A DNA stretch of 45,815 nucleotides from the NCBI GenBank assembly GCA_021203765.1, contig JAJQAN010000002.1:1-45815 (forward strand), in the 5' to 3' direction. The notes beneath the pieces are model-generated. The model was not told where the DNA came from. It was given only the letters and a program-made list of their open reading frames with translations, and searched no databases. Below are positions 28,852 to 38,690 of the stretch, piece after piece; position 1 is the first letter of the stretch, and each line of letters starts with the position of its first letter. The stretch comes from Coriobacteriaceae bacterium (GTDB lineage Bacteria; Actinomycetota; Coriobacteriia; Coriobacteriales; QAMH01). A program made the translations under genes and the position numbers.

Positions 28852-29691
28852 ATGTCGACCGTGCGCGCGTTCGGCACCTACATTCCGCGACAGACGTTCA
28901 TCCACCAGTTCAGGGCACAGGTCAAGATCCTTTTGACCTGTGCTTTTTGTTTGGCCGTCTTTTTTCTGGACGGCTGGCCCGGCCTGCTCATCGCCGTCCT
29001 GTTGACCGTCATGCTCTATCAGATTGCCCGCATCCCGCTTTCCTCGGCCCTGCGTGGGCTCAAGCCGATCATCTTCATCCTCGCCTTCACCCTCGTCGCC
29101 CATGCCTTCGCCTTCGATGTGAACGCCTCCGCCGACTTCGCGAACGGCTCGCTTGGCTCGCTCGGCCTGCAGCAGCGCTGGGCGATCGTCGGCAATTTCG
29201 GCGTGACCCTCGACGGGCTGGTGGAAGGACTCTACTTCGCCTTGCGCATCGCCCTGCTCGTGGCGTTCTGTTCGCTTCTGACCTTCACGACGTCGATCAC
29301 CGAGCTGACCGACGGCCTGATCAGCCTGCTTTCGCCGTTGCGCGTCATACGGGTCCCGGTCGACGATGTGGCGATGATCATCTCGATCGCGCTGCGCTTC
29401 ATCCCGACGACCGCCGACGAGGCCCTCGTGCTCGTCAACGCGCAGAAGGCGCGGGGCGTGGCCTTCGAGACCGGCGGGCCGTTCCACCGGATCCACGTGT
29501 GGGTGCCCATCCTGGTGCCGCTCATCGTGCGCCTGTTCCGCCGCGCGGAGGATCTGGCCGAGGCGATGGATGCGCGCAGCTACGGGGTCGCGCCCCGCAC
29601 GCACATGAACAGGCAGCCGATGCGGGCGAGCGACATCGTCGCCCTCGTCATCGGCGTCGCCGCCTGCGTCGCCCTCTGCGTCTTTTTGTAG
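28852..29691 (+). CDS. ecfT: Energy-coupling-factor transporter T component
   Basis: Hydrophobic protein with IALRFIPT, AQKARG, RRAEDLAEAMDARSY. Confidence 0.92.
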   Translation: MSTVRAFGTYIPRQTFIHQFRAQVKILLTCAFCLAVFFLDGWPGLLIAVLLTVMLYQIARIPLSSALRGLKPIIFILAFTLVAHAFAFDVNASADFANGSLGSLGLQQRWAIVGNFGVTLDGLVEGLYFALRIALLVAFCSLLTFTTSITELTDGLISLLSPLRVIRVPVDDVAMIISIALRFIPTTADEALVLVNAQKARGVAFETGGPFHRIHVWVPILVPLIVRLFRRAEDLAEAMDARSYGVAPRTHMNRQPMRASDIVALVIGVAACVALCVFL

Positions 29692-29770
29692 GGCGTAGCA
29701 GCGTTTCCTGCAGCGCACGGGGCAGGTGAAAGCGGTAGAATGTGGAGACTTCCGATTGGAGGAGATACGG

Positions 29771-30661
29771 ATGGCTGAGCAGACGACAGGAACCCTGAAG
29801 GTCAAGACCGGCTTTGCCGAGATGCTGAAGGGCGGCGTCATCATGGATGTCGTCACGCCCGAGCAGGCCAAGATCGCCGAAGACGCCGGTGCGGTTTCGG
29901 TCATGGCGCTCGAACGCGTCCCTGCCGACATCCGTGCGCAGGGCGGCGTCGCCCGCATGAGCGACCCTGCCATGATCGAAGGCATCATCGACGCCGTCTC
30001 CATTCCCGTCATGGCCAAATGCCGCATCGGGCACTTCGTCGAGGCCCAGGTGCTCGAGTCCCTCGGCGTCGACTTCATCGACGAAAGCGAGGTCCTCACC
30101 CAGGCCGACGACCAGTACCACGTGAACAAGTGGGACTTCACCGTCCCGTTCGTCTGCGGGGCCCGCAACCTCGAAGAGGCGCTGCGCCGCATCGCCGAAG
30201 GCGCCGCCATGATCCGCACGAAGGGCGAGCCGGGCACGGGCAACGTCATCGAGGCCGTCCGCCACATGCGCACGGTCACCTCCGAGATCTCCTACGTCAA
30301 GGGTCTGCGCAAAGAACAACTCTACACCGCCGCCAAGGACCTGCAGGCGCCCTACGAGCTGGTCGCCTGGGTCGCCGAGCACGGTTGCCTGCCGGTCGTC
30401 AACTTCTCCGCCGGCGGCATCGCGACCCCTGCCGATGCCGCGCTGATGATGCAACTCGGCTGCGACGGCGTCTTCGTGGGCAGCGGCATCTTCAAGTCCG
30501 GCGACCCGGCAAAGCGCGCCCGTGCCATCGTCGAGGCGACCACCAACTACGACGATCCCGACACGATCGCCCGCGTCTCACGCGATTTGGGCGAGCCCAT
30601 GGTCGGCATCGAGATCGGCGACATCCCCGAAACCGAGCGCATGGCGTTTCGCGGCAACTGA
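29771..30661 (+). CDS. pdxS: Pyridoxal 5'-phosphate synthase subunit PdxS
   Basis: [41 protein letters not shown]. Confidence 0.98.
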   Translation: MAEQTTGTLKVKTGFAEMLKGGVIMDVVTPEQAKIAEDAGAVSVMALERVPADIRAQGGVARMSDPAMIEGIIDAVSIPVMAKCRIGHFVEAQVLESLGVDFIDESEVLTQADDQYHVNKWDFTVPFVCGARNLEEALRRIAEGAAMIRTKGEPGTGNVIEAVRHMRTVTSEISYVKGLRKEQLYTAAKDLQAPYELVAWVAEHGCLPVVNFSAGGIATPADAALMMQLGCDGVFVGSGIFKSGDPAKRARAIVEATTNYDDPDTIARVSRDLGEPMVGIEIGDIPETERMAFRGN

Positions 30662-30674
30662 CGGCTCATCGCCG

Positions 30675-31253
30675 ATGGAGGTCGGGGTCCTGGCGCTGCA
30701 AGGCGCCTTCCGTGAACACAGGCAGATGCTGCACACCCTCGGTACGGAAGCGCCGCTCGTGCGCTGGCCGCAGGACCTGGAGGGCCTCGACGGCCTCATC
30801 GTTCCCGGCGGGGAGTCCACCACCATCGCCAAGCTGCTCACCATCCACGAACTCTACGCACCGATCCGTAAGGCCTACGCCGACGGACTGGCGGTCTTCG
30901 GCACCTGCGCCGGCGCGATCATGCTCGCCCGCGAGATCGAGGACGCACGCGAGGACCAGGAGCCGCTCGCCCTCATGGACGTCCGCATCCGCCGCAACGC
31001 CTACGGACGGCAGATCGACTCATTCGAGACGACGGTGCCGTTTGACGGCATCGAAGGCGGGGTCAAGGGCGTCTTCATCCGTGCCCCGCGCTTCGAGAAC
31101 TTAAGCGATGAGGTGGAGATCCTCTCGCAGACCGAGGACGGCGAGGCACTGGCCGTGCGCCAGGGGAGAGCGCTCGCGGTGGCCTTCCATCCCGAGCTCA
31201 CCGACGACACCCGCGTCCACGAATACTTCCTGCAGCAAATCGTCGGCCACTGA
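30675..31253 (+). CDS. pdxT: PLP synthase glutaminase subunit PdxT
   Basis: GVLALQGAFREH, PGGESTT, GTCAG, FIRAP, FHPEL. Confidence 0.97.
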   Translation: MEVGVLALQGAFREHRQMLHTLGTEAPLVRWPQDLEGLDGLIVPGGESTTIAKLLTIHELYAPIRKAYADGLAVFGTCAGAIMLAREIEDAREDQEPLALMDVRIRRNAYGRQIDSFETTVPFDGIEGGVKGVFIRAPRFENLSDEVEILSQTEDGEALAVRQGRALAVAFHPELTDDTRVHEYFLQQIVGH

Positions 31254-31277
31254 GAGCAGGGCTGCCTGCACAAGGCG

Positions 31278-31283
31278 TATAAT
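31278..31283 (+). promoter_or_regulatory. -10 box for a probable leaderless transcript
   Basis: Perfect TATAAT with 6 nt between it and ATG 31290; no SD sequence. Confidence 0.65.
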
Positions 31284-31289
31284 CGAGCA

Positions 31290-32498
31290 ATGCTGAATTG
31301 GTGGCACTATCTCTCGGTTTTCCTGGTCGCGCTTATCGTGACGGTCCTGCTCGTGCCCGTCGTCAAGCGCGTAGCCATCCATTTCAACATCATGGATTAT
31401 CCCGGCACACGCCGCATCAACACCAAGCCGATTCCCCGTCTCGGCGGCGTGGCGATCTTCATCGGCATCCTCGCCGGACTCGCGCTCGAGTGGCTCGGAG
31501 AGAATCTCGGCTGGTGGATCGGCCCCTTCTTCGACATCGTCACACTGGCTCCCAACGTCAAGCTCATCGGCGTGGTCTGCGGCCTGGCCTTCATCGTCAT
31601 CGTCGGCGTCGTCGACGATGTCCGCTCCCTGCCGCCGTGGGCGAAGGTCGTCGGCCAGGTCATCTCCGCCTGCATCATCGCCTTCACCGGCACGCTGCTC
31701 GGCACCTTCAAGGTTCCCTTCACCAACATGGTCGTCGACCTCGGCTACTGGGCCTATCCCATCACCATCATCTATCTGGTCGCCTTCGCCAATATCATCA
31801 ATCTGATCGACGGGCTCGACGGCCTGGCCGCGGGCATCACCGGGATCGCCGCCATCAGCCTCTTCTGCCTCACCTTCGGCCTGGGACGCAACGAGGCCGC
31901 CTTGGCCGCCATCATCCTGGTCGGCGCCTGCATCGGCTTCCTCTTCTACAACTTCCATCCGGCGAGCATCTTCATGGGGGACTCCGGATCGCTTCTGCTC
32001 GGTATCATGCTCGGCACGATCTCCCTGCTCGGCGCGACCCGCTTCGCCTCGGTCACCGCGCTGGCCGTCCCGCTCATCATCGCGGGTGTGCCGCTTCTGG
32101 ACACCTTCGGCGCCATCATCCGGCGTATCCGCGGACACCAGCCCATACAGGTCGCCGACGCCGGCCACATCCACCACCGCCTGCTCCGCCGGGGTTTCTC
32201 GCAGCGCAAGGCGGTCTCCATCATCTACGCCTGGACGGCGTTTCTGTGCATCGGCGCGGTGGTCATGTGGAACATGAGCGGTCTCATCAAGTACATCTTC
32301 CTCGTCGTCATGCTGGTCGTCTCGGCGATCATCGCGCACGCCCTCGGCCTGCTCGGGCCGGTCCTGACGCACCACTACTACCCCGAGGGCGACCGCCAGG
32401 GTACGGATGAGGGGACGGAGGAGGTCCCGACCGCCGACGACGCCGGCGAGCTTCCGGCCTCCGAGGGCGCTTCCGCAGACACCGACGACGATGAGTGA
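31290..32498 (+). CDS. WecA/TagO-family undecaprenyl-phosphate GlcNAc-1-phosphate transferase
   Basis: PRLGG, GVVDD, NLIDGLDGLA, IFMGDSGS, HIHHRL. Multiple transmembrane segments. Confidence 0.93.
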   Translation: MLNWWHYLSVFLVALIVTVLLVPVVKRVAIHFNIMDYPGTRRINTKPIPRLGGVAIFIGILAGLALEWLGENLGWWIGPFFDIVTLAPNVKLIGVVCGLAFIVIVGVVDDVRSLPPWAKVVGQVISACIIAFTGTLLGTFKVPFTNMVVDLGYWAYPITIIYLVAFANIINLIDGLDGLAAGITGIAAISLFCLTFGLGRNEAALAAIILVGACIGFLFYNFHPASIFMGDSGSLLLGIMLGTISLLGATRFASVTALAVPLIIAGVPLLDTFGAIIRRIRGHQPIQVADAGHIHHRLLRRGFSQRKAVSIIYAWTAFLCIGAVVMWNMSGLIKYIFLVVMLVVSAIIAHALGLLGPVLTHHYYPEGDRQGTDEGTEEVPTADDAGELPASEGASADTDDDE

Positions 32499-34401
32499 TA
32501 CGGGTTCCCAACCGAAAAGCCCCGACCTCGCCGAACAGCTGAAGTCGGTTCCCCGCAAGCCCGGGGTCTATCTGTGGAAGGACGCCGACGGGGAGATCCT
32601 CTACGTCGGCAAGGCCGTCGACCTGCGGAGCCGCATGACCCAGTACGTCCTCGGCACCGACGAGCGCATCAAGATACCGCTCATGATGGGGCAGGTCGCC
32701 TCCTTCGACTACATCGTCGTTTCCACCGAGACCGAATCGCTCATCCTCGAAAAGAACCTCATCCAGCAGTACCATCCGCCCTTCAACGTCGACTACCGCG
32801 ACGACAAGAGCTACCCCTACATCGCCATCACCGAGGGCGAGACCTTCCCGGCCATCAAGTACACCCGCGAAAAGCATAAAAGCGACACCCGCTACTTCGG
32901 GCCCTACACCGACGCCAAGGCGGCGCGCGAGACGATCGACACCGTGCGGCGCATCGTCCCGATCTGTCTGGCGCAGTGTGCCGAGTATCGTGCCCTCTGC
33001 CGTCACCTGAAGGCGGGGCGCCAGCCGCGTCCGGAGGACAAGGCCTGCTTCGAATACCACATCGGCAAGGGGGCCGGCCCGTGCTGCGCGGCCGTCACGC
33101 CCGAGGACTACGCGCCCTACGTCGAGCAGGTCGAGCGCTTCCTGGCGGGCCACCGTGCGGAGTTCGTCGACCAGCTCAACGACCAGATGCGCGAGGCCGC
33201 CGACGACCTCGACTTCGAACGGGCGGGCCGCCTGAAAGGACGCCTCGAGGCGATCGAGGCCCTGCAGGAGACGCAGAAGGCGGTGCTCTCCCACAGCCTC
33301 GACATCGACATCGTCGGCTTCTACCGCGAGGAGACGATCGCGGGTGCTCATGTCTTCGTGGTCCGCGAGGGCCGCATCATCGTCAGCAACGACTTCATCC
33401 TCGACAAGGGGCTCGACGTCCCCGAAGAGGACCTCGTCGGGCAGTTTCTGGCGCGCTACTACGACGGCACCGAGGAGATCCCCCACGAGCTGGTCATCGC
33501 CACGGAGCTTTCCGAGGAGACGCGTGCGCCGCTCGAGGCCTGGCTCACCGAACGGCTCGCCTCCCCGCACGGGGCGAAGGTGCACGTGACGGTGCCGCGC
33601 CGTGGGGAGAAACACGAGCTGTTGGAGATGGCGACGCTCAACGCCAAACACGCGCTCATGCGCTTCAAGGTACGCACCCGCTACGAGGACGAGCGCACGA
33701 ACCTCGCACTGTTGCAGCTCGAGACCGCGCTCGCACTGCCGGCGGCGCCGATGCGCATCGAATGCTTCGACATCTCGACCATCCACGGCAACTACTCGGT
33801 CGCCTCCATGGTCGTCTTTACCGACGGCAAGCCAGACACCTCGCAGTACCGCCGCTTCCGGATCCGCCAGGACTTCGGCGAGTCCAACGACGTCGCCATG
33901 ATGGGGGAGGTGCTCTCGCGCCGCTACAGCGCCGAGCGCATGGCCGACGAGCGGTTCGGCTCGCGCCCCGACCTCGTCATCGTCGACGGTGGCAAGGCAC
34001 AGCTCGCGGTCGCGGTCGAGACCTTCGACAAACTCGGCCTCGACCTGCCGGTCTGCGGCCTGGCCAAGCAGGACGAGGAACTCTTCGTGCCGTGGGATAC
34101 GACCGGGCCGGTCGTGCTGCCGAGCGGTTCGCCGTCGCTCTATCTCATCAAATGCGTCCGCGACGAGGCGCACCGCTTCGCCAACACCTTCCACCGCGAG
34201 CTGCGCGGCAAGGGGATGGTGGCCTCCGTCCTCGACGGGATCGACGGGCTCGGCCCCAAACGCAAGAAGGCGCTCCTCAAGGCTTTCGGCTCGGTGCGCA
34301 AGATGCGCCAGGCGACCCTCGAGGAGATCGCGGCCGTCGACGGCATCCCACGTCAGGTCGCAGAAGACGTGTACGCTGCTATACTTGACACATCCGCGTA
34401 A
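32491..34401 (+). CDS. uvrC: Excinuclease ABC subunit C
   Basis: GIY-YIG domain PGVY..YVGKA, RIECFDIS, VDGGKAQ, RDEAHRFA, C-terminal HhH. Confidence 0.98.
   Translation: MSDTGSQPKSPDLAEQLKSVPRKPGVYLWKDADGEILYVGKAVDLRSRMTQYVLGTDERIKIPLMMGQVASFDYIVVSTETESLILEKNLIQQYHPPFNVDYRDDKSYPYIAITEGETFPAIKYTREKHKSDTRYFGPYTDAKAARETIDTVRRIVPICLAQCAEYRALCRHLKAGRQPRPEDKACFEYHIGKGAGPCCAAVTPEDYAPYVEQVERFLAGHRAEFVDQLNDQMREAADDLDFERAGRLKGRLEAIEALQETQKAVLSHSLDIDIVGFYREETIAGAHVFVVREGRIIVSNDFILDKGLDVPEEDLVGQFLARYYDGTEEIPHELVIATELSEETRAPLEAWLTERLASPHGAKVHVTVPRRGEKHELLEMATLNAKHALMRFKVRTRYEDERTNLALLQLETALALPAAPMRIECFDISTIHGNYSVASMVVFTDGKPDTSQYRRFRIRQDFGESNDVAMMGEVLSRRYSAERMADERFGSRPDLVIVDGGKAQLAVAVETFDKLGLDLPVCGLAKQDEELFVPWDTTGPVVLPSGSPSLYLIKCVRDEAHRFANTFHRELRGKGMVASVLDGIDGLGPKRKKALLKAFGSVRKMRQATLEEIAAVDGIPRQVAEDVYAAILDTSA
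34377..34385 (+). promoter_or_regulatory. Extended -10 promoter inside the uvrC 3' end
   Basis: TGcTATACT about 37 nt upstream of the rapZ ATG, encoded by atypical A/T-ending codons. Confidence 0.55.
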
Positions 34402-34422
34402 AGCCATATCCAAGGAGGCATT

Positions 34423-35343
34423 ATGCCGACGCAGGAGTCGTTAGAGGAACTGGAAGAGGTCCCGGGAGGCCCGGACCTTATCATCATCACCGGCATGTCG
34501 GGCGCCGGACGCACCGAGGCGATGCACACCTTCGAGGATCTCGGCTACTTCTGCATCGACAATCTGCCTCCCTCCCTGCTCATGAACCTCGTCAGCCTCG
34601 CCGGCCTCAACTCCGGCACGTTGCGCAAGCTCGCGGTTGTCTGCGACCTGCGCGCCAAGGAGTTCTTCGGGGAGCTTTCGACCGAGCTCGGCAAGGTCCG
34701 CGAGATCGGCCTGTCCTATTCGATGATCTTCCTCGACGCGAGCGACGAGGCCCTGCTCAACCGCTTCAAGGCATCCCGTCGCCGTCATCCCCTATGCGTC
34801 GGCGGCATGACGATCATCGCCGGCATCCGCAAGGAACGCGAACTGCTCGCCGAGGCCAAGGAGATGGCCAACTACGTCTTCGACACCAGCTCGGTGCGTC
34901 CCCAGGAGATGCGTAAGAAGCTGCGTGAACGCTTCTCCGGGCAGTCGCCGCAGGAGGGCATGGGCGTGTCGGTATCCTCCTTCGGCTTCAAGCACGGGGC
35001 GCCGGTCGACGCCGACATCGTCATCGACGTGCGTTTTCTGCCCAACCCCTTCTACGAACCGACGTTGCGCAACAAGACCGGGCTCGATCCCGAGGTCCGC
35101 GAATACGTCCTCGACAAGGTCGGCACGCGGATGTTTCTGAACTGCTGGTTCGAGCTGCTCGACTGCATCATGCCGGGCTACGTCGAGGAGGGTAAGCAGT
35201 ATCTCTCCATCGCGATCGGCTGCACCGGCGGCCAGCACCGCAGCGTCGCTTTGGCCGAGGCGACCGCCGAGCATCTCGTCGAGGAGGGCTATTCGACCGA
35301 GGTCACCCACCGCGACCTGGCGCTTGCAGAGGTCGGTTCCTGA
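34423..35343 (+). CDS. rapZ: RapZ/YvcJ-family P-loop protein
   Basis: GMSGAGRT, FCIDNLP, RRRHPL, SFGFKHG, DVRFLPNP, GCTGGQHRSV. Confidence 0.96.
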   Translation: MPTQESLEELEEVPGGPDLIIITGMSGAGRTEAMHTFEDLGYFCIDNLPPSLLMNLVSLAGLNSGTLRKLAVVCDLRAKEFFGELSTELGKVREIGLSYSMIFLDASDEALLNRFKASRRRHPLCVGGMTIIAGIRKERELLAEAKEMANYVFDTSSVRPQEMRKKLRERFSGQSPQEGMGVSVSSFGFKHGAPVDADIVIDVRFLPNPFYEPTLRNKTGLDPEVREYVLDKVGTRMFLNCWFELLDCIMPGYVEEGKQYLSIAIGCTGGQHRSVALAEATAEHLVEEGYSTEVTHRDLALAEVGS

Positions 35344-36383
35344 TGAACACCACGAAGGCCGTCGTCATCGGGGGAGGTTCGGGGGCGCCCGTCTCCATCC
35401 GCACCCTGCTCGATATGGGGTGTTCGGTCTCGTCCGTCGTCGCCATGGTCGATGACGGGGGATCGACCGGCAAGCTCCGCGAACTCGGCCAGGTCGTCCC
35501 GCCCGGGGACGTGCGCAAATGCATCCTGGCCATGTCGTCCAATCCCGAAGGCATCTTCGCACGCGCCTTCCGGCATCGCTTCGACTACCTCGACAACCAC
35601 TCGCTCGGCAACCTCATCCTGACGGCGTTCGCCGAGGAGACCAACTCCTTTCCCGACGCGATCGAGATCTCCGAGCGCATGGTCGAGGCCCGCGGGCATG
35701 TCTACCCGTCGACCCTGCACGACATAACGCTGGAGGGCACGACGAGGGACGGTCGCCAGCTGCAGGGCCAGGCGGCCATCACCGACAGCGAATGCGCCAT
35801 GGAGACGGTCACCCTGCCCGAGAAATCGATACAGCCCTATCCGCCGGCGCTCGAGGCCATCCGTGAGGCGAACCTCATCGTCTTGGGTCCCGGCTCGCTT
35901 TTCACCTCCATCATCCCCAACCTGCTCGTCCCCGGGGTGATCGACGCCATCAAAACGGCGCGTTCGCGGCGCGACAACCCGGCCTGCACGATGTTCGTCA
36001 CCTCGCTCGCCGACATGCAGGGGGAGACCTGGGGGATGAACTGCGCCGACCACGTCGACGCCCTGCTGCGCCACGGCATGGACGGCCTCCTCGACATCGC
36101 CCTCATCCACGAGAACTCCCCGGAGTCCCCCATGGCGACCGGCCAGATCCCGCTCATCGAGGAGGACTACTCCGACGCGCGCTTCCAGACCCGTGGCCGG
36201 CGCGGCGGCCTGGTCCGACACGTCGAGGTCACCCCCGAGCTGCTCGAACGGATCCGTGCGGCGGGCGTCGAACCCATGGCACGCGACCTGGTCGACGAAG
36301 AGCGTCCGACCTGGCACGACCAGGAGCGTCTGCAGGAGGCGTTCGAGGAGGTGCTGCAGGCGTGTCGTTTACGACGGAAGTGA
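35343..36383 (+). CDS. yvcK: YvcK/GlmR (CofD-like) protein
   Basis: GGGSG, DDGGSTG, PPGDVR, HSLGNL, GPGSLFTSIIPNL. Confidence 0.94.
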   Translation: MNTTKAVVIGGGSGAPVSIRTLLDMGCSVSSVVAMVDDGGSTGKLRELGQVVPPGDVRKCILAMSSNPEGIFARAFRHRFDYLDNHSLGNLILTAFAEETNSFPDAIEISERMVEARGHVYPSTLHDITLEGTTRDGRQLQGQAAITDSECAMETVTLPEKSIQPYPPALEAIREANLIVLGPGSLFTSIIPNLLVPGVIDAIKTARSRRDNPACTMFVTSLADMQGETWGMNCADHVDALLRHGMDGLLDIALIHENSPESPMATGQIPLIEEDYSDARFQTRGRRGGLVRHVEVTPELLERIRAAGVEPMARDLVDEERPTWHDQERLQEAFEEVLQACRLRRK

Positions 36384-37312
36384 AAGACGAGCTTTCGCGT
36401 GTCGAGCCGACCTGTTCGAAGTGTGACAAGGCCGAACTGGCCGCTCTGATCCGCATCGCCGGGATGCTGGCCAAAAGCGGCAGCGGCAACTACCGACTCG
36501 AGATCGCCAGCGAGACGGTCAGCGTCGCCCGCACCGCCATCCGGCTTCTGCGCGACGTCTACGGCCTGCAGACCGAACTCACCATCAGGCGAAGCGTCCT
36601 GCACAAGACCCACAACTTCCTCATCACCGTCCCGACGCAGCGGGCGCTCACCGACGCGATCGAGGACCTCGGCTTCTTCGAGGGAGGCGTCCTGACCCAG
36701 GGCATCCCGCAGGAGCTGGTGGAGTCCGGCTGCTGTGCGGGGGCCTTCCTGCGCGGCGCCTTCCTGACGGCCGGCTACATCGCCGACCCGAAAGGCGACT
36801 TCCACTTCGAGATCTCGCTGTCCTCCGAGGAGCTCGCGAGCGGTCTGGTGGAGCTCATGGACCGCTGCGACCTGCAGGCGCGGCAGATCCAGCGCCACAA
36901 CATGTATCTGGTCTACATGAAGGGTGCGGAAAAGATCACCGACTTCCTCGCCTACATCGGCGCGCACAAGAGCGTTTTGGCGATGGAGGAGGCCCGCGTG
37001 GTCAAGTCGGTCCGCAACGACGCGAACCGCCTGGCGAACGCCGAGTTCGCCAACACCATCAAGTCCGCGGAGGCCGCCAACAAGCAGATCGCCCAGATCA
37101 AGGACCTCCTCACCTTCCGCGCGGTCGACACGCTGCCTCCCGCCCTGCAGCAGGTGATCATCCTGCGCCTGCAGGACCCGGAGGCGACGATCACGGAGCT
37201 GGGGGAGATGGCCGACCCGCCCTTGAGCAAATCCGCGGTCTATCACCGTCTGCGGCGTATCGAGGAGCTTTTGGACGAGGAGCGGCAGAAGGCCGCGGAC
37301 CGCGTCTCTTAA
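36362..37312 (+). CDS. whiA: DNA-binding protein WhiA
   Basis: MSFTTEVKDEL, AFLRGAFL, NRLANAE.AN, HTH LSKSAVYHRLRR. Confidence 0.96.
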   Translation: MSFTTEVKDELSRVEPTCSKCDKAELAALIRIAGMLAKSGSGNYRLEIASETVSVARTAIRLLRDVYGLQTELTIRRSVLHKTHNFLITVPTQRALTDAIEDLGFFEGGVLTQGIPQELVESGCCAGAFLRGAFLTAGYIADPKGDFHFEISLSSEELASGLVELMDRCDLQARQIQRHNMYLVYMKGAEKITDFLAYIGAHKSVLAMEEARVVKSVRNDANRLANAEFANTIKSAEAANKQIAQIKDLLTFRAVDTLPPALQQVIILRLQDPEATITELGEMADPPLSKSAVYHRLRRIEELLDEERQKAADRVS

Positions 37313-37430
37313 AAGCCGCCCGTCCCGTTCGGCGGGGCGTCGCATCGTTTGGTATATACTTGCCGTGTACAGCGGATTTCCGCCCTGCAGGCAGCGTTTC
37401 GGGGCGTGAGGGATACCGAGGAGCAAGCAG

Positions 37431-38690
37431 ATGAGCGAAGTAACCACCAAGGCCGAGGCCGCCCGCAAGGCCGCCGTCCGCCTGGCGCAGGCAAGCGGCA
37501 CGCAACGTGACGCCGCCCTCGAGATGATGGCCCAGCGTCTCATCGAGCGCACACCGCAGATACTGGCCGCCAACGAGGAGGACATGAACGCGGCACGCGA
37601 GGACGGGACGGCGGCGCCCCTGCTCGACCGCCTGATGCTCACCGAGGAGCGCATCGCCGACATCGCCGAGGCCCTGCGGACCCTGGCCAAGCAACCCGAC
37701 CCGCTCGGGGAGGTCGTCGAGGGGCATAGACTCTACAACGGCATCGAGCTCACGCGGGTCCGCGTTCCGCTTGGCGTGGTCGCCATGATCTACGAGGCCC
37801 GTCCGAACGTCACCGCCGACTGCGCTGGGCTTTGCATCAAGACTGGCAACGCCTGCATCCTGCGCGGCGGCAGCATGGCGGTCAAGTCGAACCTGACCAT
37901 CTCCAATGCGCTTTCCGACGCTTTGGGCGAGGTCGGCCTGCCCTCCGACGGCATCCAGAGCATCGAAGACACCAGCCACGACGCCACCGACGAGTTGATG
38001 AGCCTGCACGGACTCGTCGACGTCCTCATCCCGCGCGGCGGCGCCGGCCTCATCAACTACTGCGTCGAAAACGCCAAGGTCCCGGTCATCGAGACCGGCG
38101 TCGGCAACTGCCACGTCTACGTGCACGAAGCGGCCGATCCCGACTGGGTCGTCCCCATCATCGTCAACGCCAAGACCCAGCGCCCCGGCGTCTGCAACGC
38201 GATCGAGGGGGTCCTGATCGACGCAAGCGTCGCCGACGACCTGCTGCCCGACGTCTTGAAGGCCCTGGCCGCAAAGGACGTCCGCATCCACGCCGACGAG
38301 CAGGCCCTGCGGCTGGCGAAGGAGGCCGGCGTCGAGGCCGAGGCGGCCACCGAGAAGGACTGGGGGACGGAATACCTCGACCTCGAGATCTCGATCAAGT
38401 GCGTGGACGGCCTCGACGAGGCGATCGAACACATCAACACCTACGGCACCGGCCATTCCGAGTGCATCATCTCGAGCGACGCGCAGGCCATCAAGCGCTT
38501 CACCGACGAGGTCGACGCGGCCGCCGTCTACTCCAACGCCTCGACCCGCTTCACCGACGGCGGGGAGTTCGGCCTCGGCGCCGAGATCGGCATCTCCACC
38601 CAGAAGCTGCACGCGCGCGGCCCGATGGGGCTCGACGCGCTCACCTCGACCAAGTTCGTCCTGGCAGGCGAGGGCCAGATCCGTGAGTGA
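37431..38690 (+). CDS. proA: Gamma-glutamyl phosphate reductase
   Basis: IYEARPNVT, ETGVGNCH, RPGVCNA, GAEIGISTQKLHARGPMGL. Confidence 0.97.
   Translation: MSEVTTKAEAARKAAVRLAQASGTQRDAALEMMAQRLIERTPQILAANEEDMNAAREDGTAAPLLDRLMLTEERIADIAEALRTLAKQPDPLGEVVEGHRLYNGIELTRVRVPLGVVAMIYEARPNVTADCAGLCIKTGNACILRGGSMAVKSNLTISNALSDALGEVGLPSDGIQSIEDTSHDATDELMSLHGLVDVLIPRGGAGLINYCVENAKVPVIETGVGNCHVYVHEAADPDWVVPIIVNAKTQRPGVCNAIEGVLIDASVADDLLPDVLKALAAKDVRIHADEQALRLAKEAGVEAEAATEKDWGTEYLDLEISIKCVDGLDEAIEHINTYGTGHSECIISSDAQAIKRFTDEVDAAAVYSNASTRFTDGGEFGLGAEIGISTQKLHARGPMGLDALTSTKFVLAGEGQIRE

Noticed and set aside
34492-34515. RapZ Walker A with Arg in place of Lys (GMSGAGRT)
   Set aside because: To my knowledge this variant is common in actinobacterial RapZ; it is not evidence of inactivation.
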